This document shows positions 38,577 to 48,506 of a DNA stretch of 64,000 nt, piece by piece; position 1 is the first letter of the stretch, and every line of letters begins with the position of its first letter. Both the position numbers and the translations under genes were made by a program. The notes under the pieces are model-generated. The model worked only from the letters and a program-made list of their open reading frames with translations. It was not told where the DNA came from and did not search any database. This stretch comes from an uncultured Chloroflexia bacterium (lineage in GTDB: Bacteria; Chloroflexota; Limnocylindria; QHBO01), in assembly GCA_963725885.1 (NCBI GenBank), contig CAVSAH010000003.1, positions 129,697-193,696 on the forward strand, written 5' to 3'.

Positions 38577-39638
38577 GTGCCGATCCCCCTCGTCGCCTCC
38601 GACGACCACCTCGCCCACGACGGCCTCGTCGAGCTCATGGGCGGCAAGCCGGTGCCATGTTTCGAGACGCCCGAACGGGCCACGGTCATCCGCGAGGCGC
38701 TCCAGGCGACCGGCGCCTACGAGCTCGTGGCGCCTACCGACCACGGGCCGGATCCGATCTCCGCGGTCCACGACCTGGAGCTCATCGACCTCGTCGAGCA
38801 CGTCTGGACCGATGCGATCGCCGCCGGCCACGACCCGTCGCGGCCGCTCATCCCCGACACCTTCCTGCTACGCGAGTACGCCGGCTCGATGCCACTGGAA
38901 CGCCGTGCGACGAACCGTCGCGACCGCCTCGGGGCGTACTGCTTCGACACCGCCACGCCGATCGTGGCCGGGACCGCCGCGGCCGCGCGGGCCGCGGTTG
39001 ACATCGGGCTCACGGCACTGGACCGCGTCCTCGGGGGCGCACCGCTGGCCTACGGCCTGTGCCGGCCGCCCGGGCACCATGCCGGCCGAAACCTCATCGG
39101 CGGCTACTGCTATTTCAACAACGCTGCCATCGTGGCCGAGGCGCTCCGGGCGCGAGGCGCCGAGCGGGTCGCGATCCTGGACGTCGACTTCCACCATGGC
39201 AACGGGACGCAGCAGATCTTCTGGGAGCGCGACGACGTGCTGTACGTCAGCCTCCACGGCGATCCTGCCGGGATCTACCCGTACCACTCGGGGTACGCCA
39301 TCGAAGGGGGCGCGGACGCTGGCGAGGGCTTCACCCTGAACCTGCCGCTGGCGCCCGGCACCGACGGCGACGCCTACCTGGCCACCCTTGCCGAAGGCCT
39401 CGACGCCATCGGCAGCTTCGACGCCGATGCGCCCCTCGTCGTGAGCCTCGGCTTCGATACCTATCACGCCGACCCGATCTGTAACCTCGCCCTGGTGACC
39501 AACGACTACGCCCGCATCGGTTCGGCCATCGCGGAGCTCGGAATGGCAAGCGTGGTCATCCAGGAGGGCGGCTATGCGGTCGAAGCGCTCGGCGCCAACG
39601 CGGTGGCGTTTCTCGGCGCCTTAGCGGAGGGCGCATGA
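38577..39638 (+). CDS. Histone deacetylase-family amidohydrolase (acetoin utilisation / acetylpolyamine amidohydrolase-like)
   Basis: Motifs: CRPPGHHA, YCYFNN, ILDVDFHHGNGTQ, SLGFDTYHADP. I assume the GTG start at 38577. Confidence 0.8.
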   Translation: MPIPLVASDDHLAHDGLVELMGGKPVPCFETPERATVIREALQATGAYELVAPTDHGPDPISAVHDLELIDLVEHVWTDAIAAGHDPSRPLIPDTFLLREYAGSMPLERRATNRRDRLGAYCFDTATPIVAGTAAAARAAVDIGLTALDRVLGGAPLAYGLCRPPGHHAGRNLIGGYCYFNNAAIVAEALRARGAERVAILDVDFHHGNGTQQIFWERDDVLYVSLHGDPAGIYPYHSGYAIEGGADAGEGFTLNLPLAPGTDGDAYLATLAEGLDAIGSFDADAPLVVSLGFDTYHADPICNLALVTNDYARIGSAIAELGMASVVIQEGGYAVEALGANAVAFLGALAEGA

Positions 39639-40657
39639 AGCGGATCGGCTTCCTGTCATTCGGCCACTGGTCGGACTCGGCGTACTCGCAGGTTCGGTCG
39701 GCGGCCGATGCGCTGATCCAGTCGATCGAGCTGGCGGTGGCGGCCGAGGAGCTCGGGGCGGACGGCGCCTACTTCCGCGTCCATCACTTCGCGCGCCAGC
39801 TCGCCTCGCCGTTCCCGCTGCTCGCTGCGGTGGGCGCTCGGACAAGCAAGATCGAGATCGGCACGGCGGTGATCGACATGCGTTACGAGAACCCGCTGTA
39901 CATGGCCGAGGATGCGGGCGCGGCCGACGTCATCGCCGGCGGCCGGCTCCAGCTCGGCATCAGCCGCGGGTCTCCCGAGCAGGTCATCGACGGGTTCCGC
40001 CACTTCGGCTACGTCCCGCGCGAGGGCGAGACCGATGCGGACATGGCGCGCCGCCACGCCGAAGTCTTCCTGGAGCTGCTCGGGGGCGAGGGCTTCGCCG
40101 AGCCGAATCCGCGGCCGATGTTCCCCAACCCGCCAGGCCTCCTTCGGCTGGAGCCTCACTCGCCGGGCCTGCGTGACCGCATCTGGTGGGGAGCGGCGTC
40201 GATCGCCACGGCCGAGTGGGCGGCCAGGCTGGGAACGAACCTCCAGAGCTCGACGCTGGTGTTCGACGAGAGCGGCGAGCCGCTGCACGTCCAGCAGCGC
40301 AGGCAAATCGATGCCTATCGCGAGGCGTGGAGGCAGGCCGGTCACGCGCGTGAGCCGCGCATTTCGGTCAGCCGGAGCATCTTCGCCATCGTCGACGACC
40401 GCGATCGCGCGTACTTCGGCCGCGGCCAGCAGGAGCACGACCAGATCGGCTACCTCGACGAGACCACGCGGGCGATCTTCGGCCGCTCGTACGCGGCTGA
40501 GCCCGAGGTCCTCGTCCGTGAGCTCGCCGAGGACACCGCGGTCGCCGCCGCCGACACGCTGCTGCTGACCGTCCCCAACCAGCTCGGCGTCGACTACAAC
40601 GCCCACGCCATCGAGAGCATCCTGAAGTACGTGGCCCCGGAGCTCGGCTGGCGCTGA
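39635..40657 (+). CDS. LLM-class (luciferase-like) flavin-dependent oxidoreductase
   Basis: 340 aa. Motifs: AEELGADGAYFRVHHF, IEIGTAVIDMRYENPLYMAED, GRLQLGISRG. It overlaps the upstream gene as ATGA. Confidence 0.8.
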   Translation: MKRIGFLSFGHWSDSAYSQVRSAADALIQSIELAVAAEELGADGAYFRVHHFARQLASPFPLLAAVGARTSKIEIGTAVIDMRYENPLYMAEDAGAADVIAGGRLQLGISRGSPEQVIDGFRHFGYVPREGETDADMARRHAEVFLELLGGEGFAEPNPRPMFPNPPGLLRLEPHSPGLRDRIWWGAASIATAEWAARLGTNLQSSTLVFDESGEPLHVQQRRQIDAYREAWRQAGHAREPRISVSRSIFAIVDDRDRAYFGRGQQEHDQIGYLDETTRAIFGRSYAAEPEVLVRELAEDTAVAAADTLLLTVPNQLGVDYNAHAIESILKYVAPELGWR

Positions 40658-40659
40658 GA

Positions 40660-42645
40660 TCAGCGCCAGGCGATCGAGACGACCTCCACCGGCTCCGCCA
40701 TGCCCTTGAGCTCGACGGTCCGTCGGCCGGCCTCGGGGAACGCGCGCCCGGCCGAGGCCAACGTCTCCTCGCTGACAAGCACTTCCCCAGCCGTGGCAGC
40801 CGCGCCGATCCGTGCGGCCTCGTTCACGCCGATCCCAATGAAGTCGGCGCCGCTGCGGGTCGCCTCGGCGGCGTGCACGCCGATGCGGACCTCGGGCGCA
40901 AATCCGTGCTCGCGGCGGTGCTCCGCGAGTCGGCGCTGCATCGCGCTGACCGCCTCGATGGCGCTGACAGAAGTGGGAAACGCCAGGAAGAAGCCGTCCC
41001 CGGTGCGCTTGACCTCGGTCCCCGCGTGCTCCGCCACGATGGATCGCAACGCGTCGTCATGCCAACGCAGGAGACCATTCCACGCCTCGTCGCCCAGTAG
41101 CTCGGCGAGCTTCGTGGAGTCGACGATGTCGGTGAACACGAACGTCCGACGCTCACGGTCTGCTGCTGTCAAACGCGAGGCCCCGGGCCCACCGAGCCGC
41201 GCCTCGAGGGCCGTCGCTCGCCCCAGCTCGGGTTCCGCGCCGAGGCGTTCGAGGACTGCGCGCGCGCTGCGCAGCTCCATCGCGGCGCGCCCGACATCGC
41301 CGGTAGTCGCGTAGGCCTCGGCCAGGCGAACCCGCGTGCGCGCAGCCTCGTACGGCGCGTCGAACTCCAGCCATGCCTCGAGCGCCCGACGCAGCTCGAC
41401 CGCAGCAGTCTCCGCATCTCCCTCGGCCGCCTGCGCGTTCCCGACCGCGAAGGCGGCCGCGGCGCGGATCGGCAGTGTTGCGTAGGTGAGGGCCAGCGAA
41501 GCGATCTCGTCGGCGGCCCGACGCGCGGTCGCGGCATCCCCGCCGGCCAGCTCGATCTCGACCTGGGCCACGAGGAGGGGGATCCGGTACAGGTCGCTGC
41601 CCGGTGGACCCCGCCAGGCTGGCGTCTTCGTCGGGTCCGCGACCGCATGCCGGATCGACGCCGAGGCCTCTGACCCGCGCCCTTGCGCGAGGCGAAGCAG
41701 CGAGAGGGCGGGCTCGGGGTCATAGCCCACCGCGAGCACGCGCTCGAGCACCTCCTCCGCGACGGCGAGGTCGCCCCGCATGAGCCGGATCTCGGCGACC
41801 TGGTAGAGCGCGCCACCGGCTGCTGCCGGCTGGAATCCCTTCAGCTCGTCGGAAGCGCGGCGAGCCTCAGCCTCCGCCTCTGGCCAGTCGCCCCGGAGCC
41901 GCTTGATCTCCGAGCGGAACAGACGGCACATGCCAGGAAAGCCGCTGATTCCCTCGCGCTTGCACCAGCGATCCTGGGCCTCCGTCCACTCGGCGGCCCT
42001 ACGCCAGTCGCCGAGCGCGGCGCACGACTCGATCGTGGTGCAGCAGACCCCGCCCGCAGTGGCGGGTTGAAGCTCTCCGCCAACGGCGGCGGCCGTGGCC
42101 TCGTCCACGAGCGCGAGGCCTGCGTCGACGTCGCCCAGGGCAACCAGGGCGGCACCCTGCTCGCTGATGGCCATGATCTCGAGGTCGCGGTCACCGAAGC
42201 GTTTGCCGATTGCCTCTGCGGTGCGGGCCTCGGTCAGCATGCGCTGCGGGTCCCCGCTGAGCGCCGCGTGAAACGCTCGAGTCACAGCCAGCCAGCCATG
42301 GCCGATGTTCTCATCGGTTCCTTCGAGCAGCCTGGCCGCGCGGCTGAGCCAAGCACTCGCCACCGTCAGCCCATTTCGAAAGAGGTTGTCGCGGGCCAGG
42401 TTGATGGCGGCGGTGACGGCTGCCACGACGTCGCCGGCCTTGGTGGCCGCGGCGTACGCACGTTCGCGCGCGTCGATCGCCACGGGCAGCATGCCGAGCC
42501 ACCACGCCGACTGTGCGAACAGCTCGAGCTCATGCGGCGTGAGCTCGCCACGCCCGTCCGCGTCCGCCAGCGCGTCGTAGGCCGCTCGCCAGTCGTGCCG
42601 ATCGAGTGCGGCCGTCGCCGCATCGGCCAACGGTTGATCGGTCAT
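40660..42645 (-). CDS. Class III adenylate/guanylate cyclase with a long N-terminal TPR-like helical-repeat region
   Basis: 661 aa. The C-terminal cyclase domain contains RTFVFTDIVDSTKL, KRTGDGFFLAF, RIGVHAAEA and IGIGVNEAARI. Confidence 0.8.
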   Translation of the reverse strand: MTDQPLADAATAALDRHDWRAAYDALADADGRGELTPHELELFAQSAWWLGMLPVAIDARERAYAAATKAGDVVAAVTAAINLARDNLFRNGLTVASAWLSRAARLLEGTDENIGHGWLAVTRAFHAALSGDPQRMLTEARTAEAIGKRFGDRDLEIMAISEQGAALVALGDVDAGLALVDEATAAAVGGELQPATAGGVCCTTIESCAALGDWRRAAEWTEAQDRWCKREGISGFPGMCRLFRSEIKRLRGDWPEAEAEARRASDELKGFQPAAAGGALYQVAEIRLMRGDLAVAEEVLERVLAVGYDPEPALSLLRLAQGRGSEASASIRHAVADPTKTPAWRGPPGSDLYRIPLLVAQVEIELAGGDAATARRAADEIASLALTYATLPIRAAAAFAVGNAQAAEGDAETAAVELRRALEAWLEFDAPYEAARTRVRLAEAYATTGDVGRAAMELRSARAVLERLGAEPELGRATALEARLGGPGASRLTAADRERRTFVFTDIVDSTKLAELLGDEAWNGLLRWHDDALRSIVAEHAGTEVKRTGDGFFLAFPTSVSAIEAVSAMQRRLAEHRREHGFAPEVRIGVHAAEATRSGADFIGIGVNEAARIGAAATAGEVLVSEETLASAGRAFPEAGRRTVELKGMAEPVEVVSIAWR

Positions 42646-42682
42646 CTCCCTGCCATTCTGGCACGGGGTGCCTACTCAGCCC

Positions 42683-42773
42683 GTGAGCACGCAGCGCCCT
42701 CGGAGCGCATCGTCCGAGACGAGCTGGGAGCGCGTCGCAACCTGGTACGACGGATAGGTCGGGGACCCGCGGC
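42683..42773 (+). pseudogene. Decayed 5' remnant of a paralogue of the methyltransferase gene at 47640..48431
   Basis: GTG 42683 opens VSTQRPRSASSETSWERVATWYDG* (TAG at 42755 replaces a TGG). The core 42716-42773 matches 47676-47732 at 51 of 58 aligned columns on the same strand. Confidence 0.6.
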
Positions 42774-42875
42774 ACAGTTGACAAACACTGTACGGTCTGT
42801 GCTAGAGTTGGCGCGTGACCTACTACATACCTTCTACAGAGGACCGTCACGGCCGTGCTCGACTCGATGCATTTC

Positions 42876-43850
42876 TCAGCGATCCGGAGCCGGATCGGCG
42901 ATTACCGCAATCTCGACGATCGCTCGCCACAACCGGCGCCGCTCGGCAGCGCCGACCCGCGTCATCGGGACGCGGTCGAACGGACGCGCGCGGCGGTCGT
43001 GGACGAACCGGCCAGCCATCGACTCGACGCTCTCGGTCGTGGCGAGCCATACGAGTGTGTCCACCCCTTCCGACGGCGTTCTCAGAATCGGAGCCATCAC
43101 ATCGCGAAATCCCGGGAGGGATGCCGACAGCCCCGGCGTGTCCGCCCAGCCGGGGTGCATCGAGGTGAAGGTGATGCCGCTGCCGCGCAGGCGTCGGGCC
43201 CACTCGCGAATCAGCATCACCTGCGCGCGCTTGCCCCTCGCGTAGGCCCGTGGACCGGAGAACTCCCGGGACTCCCAGGCGAGATCGTCCAGCGCCAGGG
43301 GCTGGGTGTACATGCCGCCCGAGCTGACCGCGATGACGCGCGCGGCCGGCAACGCGCTCAGCTGCGGGAGCAGCGAGGCCAGGAAGGCGAATGGCCCGAC
43401 CACCAGGACCGCGAGCGTCGATTCGATCCCGTCTGCGGTGACCGTTCGCTCCGGAAAGATCGCGCCGGCGTTATCGACGAGGACGTCGATGCGCTCCTCC
43501 GTGCTGGCGATCGTCTCCGCCGCGGACCTTACGGACTGCAGAGAGGCCATGTCGGCCACGACAGTCGGGAATCGATCCTCGCCGTGGCGGGCCAGCAGGC
43601 CGTCGCGCACCTCGGTGAGGCGCTCCTGGCTGCGGCCCACGAGCACAACTCGCGCTCCGAGCTCCGCCAGCTCCTCGGTCGCCTCGCGACCCAGTCCCGA
43701 CGTCGGCCCAGTGATCACCACGGTCTTCCCGACGAGCGCGCCGGGGGTCGGCGGCGGCCAGCCGTAGAGCGCGCGACGCGTCCGGATCCCGATGTTCGAG
43801 AAGCTCCCGATCACCGTCACCTCGAGCACGTCATCGATCAGGTCCCGCAC
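42876..43850 (-). CDS. Short-chain dehydrogenase/reductase (DHRS12-like)
   Basis: Motifs: VVITGPTSGLG, VDNAG, YARGKRAQ (YxxxK). Start is GTG 43850 or ATG 43919. Confidence 0.75.
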   Translation of the reverse strand: MRDLIDDVLEVTVIGSFSNIGIRTRRALYGWPPPTPGALVGKTVVITGPTSGLGREATEELAELGARVVLVGRSQERLTEVRDGLLARHGEDRFPTVVADMASLQSVRSAAETIASTEERIDVLVDNAGAIFPERTVTADGIESTLAVLVVGPFAFLASLLPQLSALPAARVIAVSSGGMYTQPLALDDLAWESREFSGPRAYARGKRAQVMLIREWARRLRGSGITFTSMHPGWADTPGLSASLPGFRDVMAPILRTPSEGVDTLVWLATTESVESMAGRFVHDRRARPFDRVPMTRVGAAERRRLWRAIVEIAVIADPAPDR

Positions 43851-43885
43851 GCAACCATCTTGACGGCAATCGACGGGAGGCACAT

Positions 43886-44347
43886 GTGACCCGCCTGAGG
43901 GAGCGCATCCAGACGCCATTGCCCATCGAGGACGCGTTCGCGTACCTCGCGGACTTCGCCAACTCCGAGGAGTGGGACCCGGGCGTCGCCACCGCGGAAC
44001 GCATCGGCGCCGGCGAGGTCGGTGTCGGAACGCGGTTCCGCCTCGGCGTCCGACAGGGCGATCGCGTAACGCCGATGGAGTACCGCATCACGATCTTCGA
44101 GCCGCCGCGGCGGGTCGTCCTGGTCGGGAGCGGATCGCGCGTCGAGGCGACCGACGACATCAGGTTCGAGGCCAACGCCGCAGGGACGGTCGTCGAGTAC
44201 ATCGCGGACATCAACCTCACCGGCATCCTCCGTCTGGCACAGCCATTCATGGGGGGGACGTTCCGCAGGATCGCCGAGGACGCATCGGACGGAATCTCGC
44301 GCACACTCGCGGCGCGAGCCGCATCGGCCCAGGGGCGATCGTCATGA
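43886..44347 (+). CDS. SRPBCC family protein
   Basis: 153 aa. [20 protein letters not shown]. Its stop overlaps the next start as ATGA. Confidence 0.6.
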   Translation: MTRLRERIQTPLPIEDAFAYLADFANSEEWDPGVATAERIGAGEVGVGTRFRLGVRQGDRVTPMEYRITIFEPPRRVVLVGSGSRVEATDDIRFEANAAGTVVEYIADINLTGILRLAQPFMGGTFRRIAEDASDGISRTLAARAASAQGRSS

Positions 44348-45627
44348 GGATCGCCATCGTCGGGGCTGGCATCAGCGGACTCACCGCGGCACTCGCCCTG
44401 CATCGGGATGGGCACCAGGTCCGCCTCTTCGAGGGCGAGCCGGCGGTGGGCGGGCATGTGAAGACGGTCGACCTTGAGACTCCCGGCGGGACGATCGGGG
44501 TCGACACCGGGTTCATCGTCTACAACGAGCGGACCTATCCGCGCTTCGTCGGCCTGCTTGCCGATCTCGGAGTCGAGACGCAGCCAAGCGACATGTCGCT
44601 GGGCGCCTCGTGTCGATCGTGCGACCTCGAGTGGAGCACCCGCGGCCTGCGCGGCTACTTCGCTCCTCCCGCGTCCGTCGTGCGGCCAGCCCACTGGGGA
44701 ATGCTCAACGACCTGCGGCGCTTCTATCGCGATGCTCGCGATCGGCTCGAGGCCCCGGAGCCGGCGCTGCCGTCGACGTCACTCGGCGGCTTCCTCGATG
44801 AACGCGGCTATGGAACTGCCTTCCGGCAGCACTTCATCGTGCCGCTCACGTCGGCGGTGTGGTCGACCGCGGCCGACCGGATCCTCGACTTCCCCGTCGA
44901 CTACCTGCTCCGATTCCTCGACCATCACGGCCTCATCGGGTACGGCAACGCACTCCAATGGCGCACGGTGACGGGTGGCTCGATGCGGTACGTCGAGCGC
45001 CTCCTCCCGCGCCTTCCTCCGGGCAGCGTGCAGACGGGCGACCCGGTGGTCGAGGTGGACCGTGGCCCCGCGATCGCGACCGTGCGCACCGCCTCGGGGC
45101 GGACGCAGCGATTCGACGCCGTCGTGCTCGCGACACACGCCGACGACGCGCTGTCGCTGCTCCCTGACGCCGATGATCGGGAGCGCGCGGCGCTTGATGG
45201 CTTCGACTACACGACCAACGAGGTGGTCCTTCACACTGACCAACGGCTGCTGCCTCGGCGTCACGCGGCGCGGGCATCGTGGAACGTGGACCAGGCGGAC
45301 TGCCGAGCGCCCACCGAGCGGCTCACGATGACGTACCACATGAACCGCCTCCAGGGGCTCAATGGCCCTGTTGAGTACTGCACCTCGGTGAACCCGGATC
45401 GCGAGCTGCTGGATCCGACGACGATCCTCGCCGAGCGCGCCATGCGGCACCCGCTCTATACGTTCCGGACCCTCCACGCCCAGGCCGCTCTCGGCGCCCT
45501 CCAGGGATGGCGGGGCACGTGGTATGCCGGCGCGCACCTTGGCTATGGGTTCCACGAGGACGGCTGCAGGTCGGGCTTCGCGGTCGCCGAGATGATCGCG
45601 TCGCGCACGGAGGAGAGGGCAGCATGA
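44344..45627 (+). CDS. FAD-dependent oxidoreductase (amine-oxidase / desaturase-like)
   Basis: 427 aa from ATG 44344. Dinucleotide fold [19 protein letters not shown]...[11 protein letters not shown]. Confidence 0.8.
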   Translation: MRIAIVGAGISGLTAALALHRDGHQVRLFEGEPAVGGHVKTVDLETPGGTIGVDTGFIVYNERTYPRFVGLLADLGVETQPSDMSLGASCRSCDLEWSTRGLRGYFAPPASVVRPAHWGMLNDLRRFYRDARDRLEAPEPALPSTSLGGFLDERGYGTAFRQHFIVPLTSAVWSTAADRILDFPVDYLLRFLDHHGLIGYGNALQWRTVTGGSMRYVERLLPRLPPGSVQTGDPVVEVDRGPAIATVRTASGRTQRFDAVVLATHADDALSLLPDADDRERAALDGFDYTTNEVVLHTDQRLLPRRHAARASWNVDQADCRAPTERLTMTYHMNRLQGLNGPVEYCTSVNPDRELLDPTTILAERAMRHPLYTFRTLHAQAALGALQGWRGTWYAGAHLGYGFHEDGCRSGFAVAEMIASRTEERAA

Positions 45628-46367
45628 GGTCGCATCTGCTCGAGGGCATCGTTCGTCATCGGCGCGCCCATCCGTTCGCCTACGAGCTGGAGCACGGCGT
45701 CTTCTACGTCGCACTCGACCTGGACGAGCTCGACGAGGTGCCACGTCGGGTGCGCCTGATCGGACGCAACCGGCCGAACCTGCTCAGCTTCCGTGATGGC
45801 GACCACCTCGAGCCACCGTCCGATGACCTCCGCGCGTCGGTGCTCGAGCATCTCCGGGCCTCGGGAACGGATCCGGCCGGCTGGCAGATCACGCTCGTCA
45901 CGAACCTTCGCGTTCTCGGGTATGTCTTCAACCCGGCCAGCTTCTTCCTGTGCCGGGACGCTGAGGGCGTGCTCCGCGTCGTCATTGTCGAGGTGCACAA
46001 CACCCACGGTGAGCGACACCTCTACACGCTGAGGCCGGAGACGGCGGGCGCAGAGACTTTCGTGTCCTCGATGGAGAAGGCGTTCTACGTCTCACCCTTC
46101 ATCGATCCGGTCGGCTCGTACACCGTCCGCGTTCGGGACGAGGCCGGGCGCCTGCGTATCACGATCAATGAGTCGAAGGATGGGCAGCTCCAGCTCCACG
46201 CCAGCATGGACCTCGCCCGCCGCCGTCTGACCTCACGATCAGTAGCGAGGATGCTGCTGCGCTATCCGCTCGTGACGCACAAGACGATCGGCATGATCCA
46301 TCTCCACGCGCTGCGCCTCTGGCGCCGCGGTGCTCGCTTCCATCGCCACGGCGCGGCTCCCTCATGA
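45624..46367 (+). CDS. DUF1365 family protein
   Basis: 247 aa. [26 protein letters not shown]. It overlaps both flanking genes as ATGA. Confidence 0.75.
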   Translation: MRSHLLEGIVRHRRAHPFAYELEHGVFYVALDLDELDEVPRRVRLIGRNRPNLLSFRDGDHLEPPSDDLRASVLEHLRASGTDPAGWQITLVTNLRVLGYVFNPASFFLCRDAEGVLRVVIVEVHNTHGERHLYTLRPETAGAETFVSSMEKAFYVSPFIDPVGSYTVRVRDEAGRLRITINESKDGQLQLHASMDLARRRLTSRSVARMLLRYPLVTHKTIGMIHLHALRLWRRGARFHRHGAAPS

Positions 46368-47605
46368 CAGCGCAGCCGCTGGCACGGGTTCGCGGTGTCG
46401 CCGAGCCCATCCTGAGCCGGGCCGCGACGCGCGTGCTTACGGAGGCCGCCTCCCGCATGCGCGTCGGCCGTCTGGACGTGACCCTGCCCGACGGCACCCA
46501 CCGCGCCTTCGGCGACCCGGATTCCGCCGACCGAGCCGAGATCGTCGTGCACGACCCAGCCGCCCTGGTGCGAATGCTCATCGGCGGTGAGACCGGTGCC
46601 GGCGAGGCCTATGTCGACGGGCTCTGGTCATCGCCTGACGTGACCGCGGTGATCCGGGTGGCCGCGCGGAACCGCGATGCCCTGCGGCTGTCGACCGGCT
46701 GGGTGCGCGCTCCCGACCAGCTGCGGCGCACGATCGGGCATCGGCTTCGACGCAACACGCGCGGCAACGCGCGACGGAACATCAGCGCGCACTACGACCT
46801 CGGCAACGACTTCTTCCGGCTCTGGCTGGACGAGTCGCTCACCTACTCGAGTGCCGTCTTCGCCACCCCTGGCCAATCCCTGGCCGATGCGCAGCGCAAC
46901 AAGTACCGCCTCGTCGCCGAGGGAGCCGCGCTCGGTGCGGGCGAGCACGTGCTCGAGATCGGGACGGGATGGGGCGGCTTCGCGATCTATGCCGCGCGTG
47001 AGCTCGGCTGCCGCGTGACCTCCATCACGATCTCTCGCGAACAGCACGACCTCGCCCGCGAGCGGGTCCGCGCCGCGGGCCTCGAGGACCGCGTCGACGT
47101 TCAGCTGCGCGACTATCGCGACATCACCGGCACGTACGACGCGGTCGTCTCGATCGAGATGCTCGAAGCGGTCGGGGCGGAGTACCTCGAGACGTTCTTC
47201 CGGACGTGCAGCGCGGCCCTCAGGCCGGGCGGTCGGATGAGCCTCCAGACCATCACCGTCCCGGACTCCGGCTATCGGCGCCAGGTCGGCGGTGCCAACT
47301 GGATCCAGACCTACATTTTCCCGGGCGGCCTTCTCCCGTCCCTGGCGACGGTCGAGCGCGCGCTGCATGCAACCGGCTTCGTTGTCGTCGGCGTCCGCGA
47401 CATCGCCGAGCACTATGTGGCGACGTTGCGCGCATGGCGGACCGTGTTCCTCGAACGCCAGGAGGAGGTGCTGGCGATGGGCTTCGACGAGCGCTTTGTC
47501 CGCACGTGGGAGTACTACCTCGCGCTCAGTGAGGCCGGGTTCGCCACCGGCGTCACCCAGGACCTGCAGATCGTCCTGGAGAAGCGGCTGCCGGCTGCCG
47601 GCTGA
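46364..47605 (+). CDS. cfa: Cyclopropane-fatty-acyl-phospholipid synthase family methyltransferase
   Basis: Motifs: ISAHYDLGNDFFRLWLDESLTYSSAVF, VLEIGTGWGG, SIEMLEAVG. Confidence 0.85.
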   Translation: MTAQPLARVRGVAEPILSRAATRVLTEAASRMRVGRLDVTLPDGTHRAFGDPDSADRAEIVVHDPAALVRMLIGGETGAGEAYVDGLWSSPDVTAVIRVAARNRDALRLSTGWVRAPDQLRRTIGHRLRRNTRGNARRNISAHYDLGNDFFRLWLDESLTYSSAVFATPGQSLADAQRNKYRLVAEGAALGAGEHVLEIGTGWGGFAIYAARELGCRVTSITISREQHDLARERVRAAGLEDRVDVQLRDYRDITGTYDAVVSIEMLEAVGAEYLETFFRTCSAALRPGGRMSLQTITVPDSGYRRQVGGANWIQTYIFPGGLLPSLATVERALHATGFVVVGVRDIAEHYVATLRAWRTVFLERQEEVLAMGFDERFVRTWEYYLALSEAGFATGVTQDLQIVLEKRLPAAG

Positions 47606-47639
47606 CGCGCGCGGGCGGGCGAGCGCCATACTCCGAGCG

Positions 47640-48431
47640 ATGACCAACCGTGGCAGGCGCTCCGCGCCGGCCGGTGAGACGAGCTGGGAACGGGTCGCGA
47701 CCTGGTACGACGGCTGGGTCGGTGACCGCGGCTCGGCGTACCACCGCCAGCTCGCCATCCCGGCGGTACTCGACCTGCTGCAGCCCCAGGTTGGCGAGGA
47801 GATCCTCGACGTCGGCGGCGGCCAGGGCGTCCTCGCGACCTACCTGGCCGATGCCGGCGCATCGGTCACGGTCGTGGACGCATCGGCGAAGCTGATCTCC
47901 GCCGCGAAGCGGCGGCATCGGTCCGTGCGCGGCGCCCGCTTCTTCGTGGGTGACGCCCGTCGTCTCCCGGCGGTCGCGGACCTGGTGGCGGGCAGCTTCG
48001 ACGCGGCCGCATTCCTGCTCAGCATCCAGGACATGGACCGGCTCGACGACGTGGTCGCGGGAGTCGACTGGGCCCTCGCCGATCGCTCGCGGGTCGTGCT
48101 GCTGATGACGCACCCGGCCTTCCGTCAGCCGCGGCACTCGGGCTGGGGCTTCGACGAGGGCCGGAAGCTCACGTATCGGCGCATCGACGCGTACCTGGGC
48201 GAGATGGCGGTGCCGATGAAGTCGCTCGGCGGCGGCCTGCCGACCCGGAGCTTCCATCGGCCGATCAGCGCCTACGTCAACGCCCTCGCCGAAGCCGGCT
48301 TCTTCACCGATGCCATGCTCGAGCTGCCCGATCTCCCGCCCGACGTCCGGCCCGGCCGCGCCATGCGAGGCGACGCGCGGGCCGCCACCGAGATCCCGAT
48401 CTTCCTGGGGCTGCGCGCCGTCCGCGGCTGA
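47640..48431 (+). CDS. Class I SAM-dependent methyltransferase
   Basis: 263 aa from ATG 47640. Motif I ILDVGGGQGVL. Confidence 0.65.
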   Translation: MTNRGRRSAPAGETSWERVATWYDGWVGDRGSAYHRQLAIPAVLDLLQPQVGEEILDVGGGQGVLATYLADAGASVTVVDASAKLISAAKRRHRSVRGARFFVGDARRLPAVADLVAGSFDAAAFLLSIQDMDRLDDVVAGVDWALADRSRVVLLMTHPAFRQPRHSGWGFDEGRKLTYRRIDAYLGEMAVPMKSLGGGLPTRSFHRPISAYVNALAEAGFFTDAMLELPDLPPDVRPGRAMRGDARAATEIPIFLGLRAVRG

Positions 48432-48506
48432 TCCTCTACCAGCAGGCGAAGCGATTTCGGGGGAGAATGCGCTCCCGCTCAGCCGGACCTCACACACAGG
48501 GATCCC

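Noticed and set aside
42778-42808. A promoter-like TTGACA-N19-TAGAGT on the plus strand in the low-GC patch after the methyltransferase remnant.
   Set aside because: The 19-nt spacer is too long for a good sigma70-type promoter. The element points into the 3' end of the convergent SDR gene with no plus-strand gene to drive. It may be a relic or may drive an antisense RNA, and I cannot support it from sequence alone.
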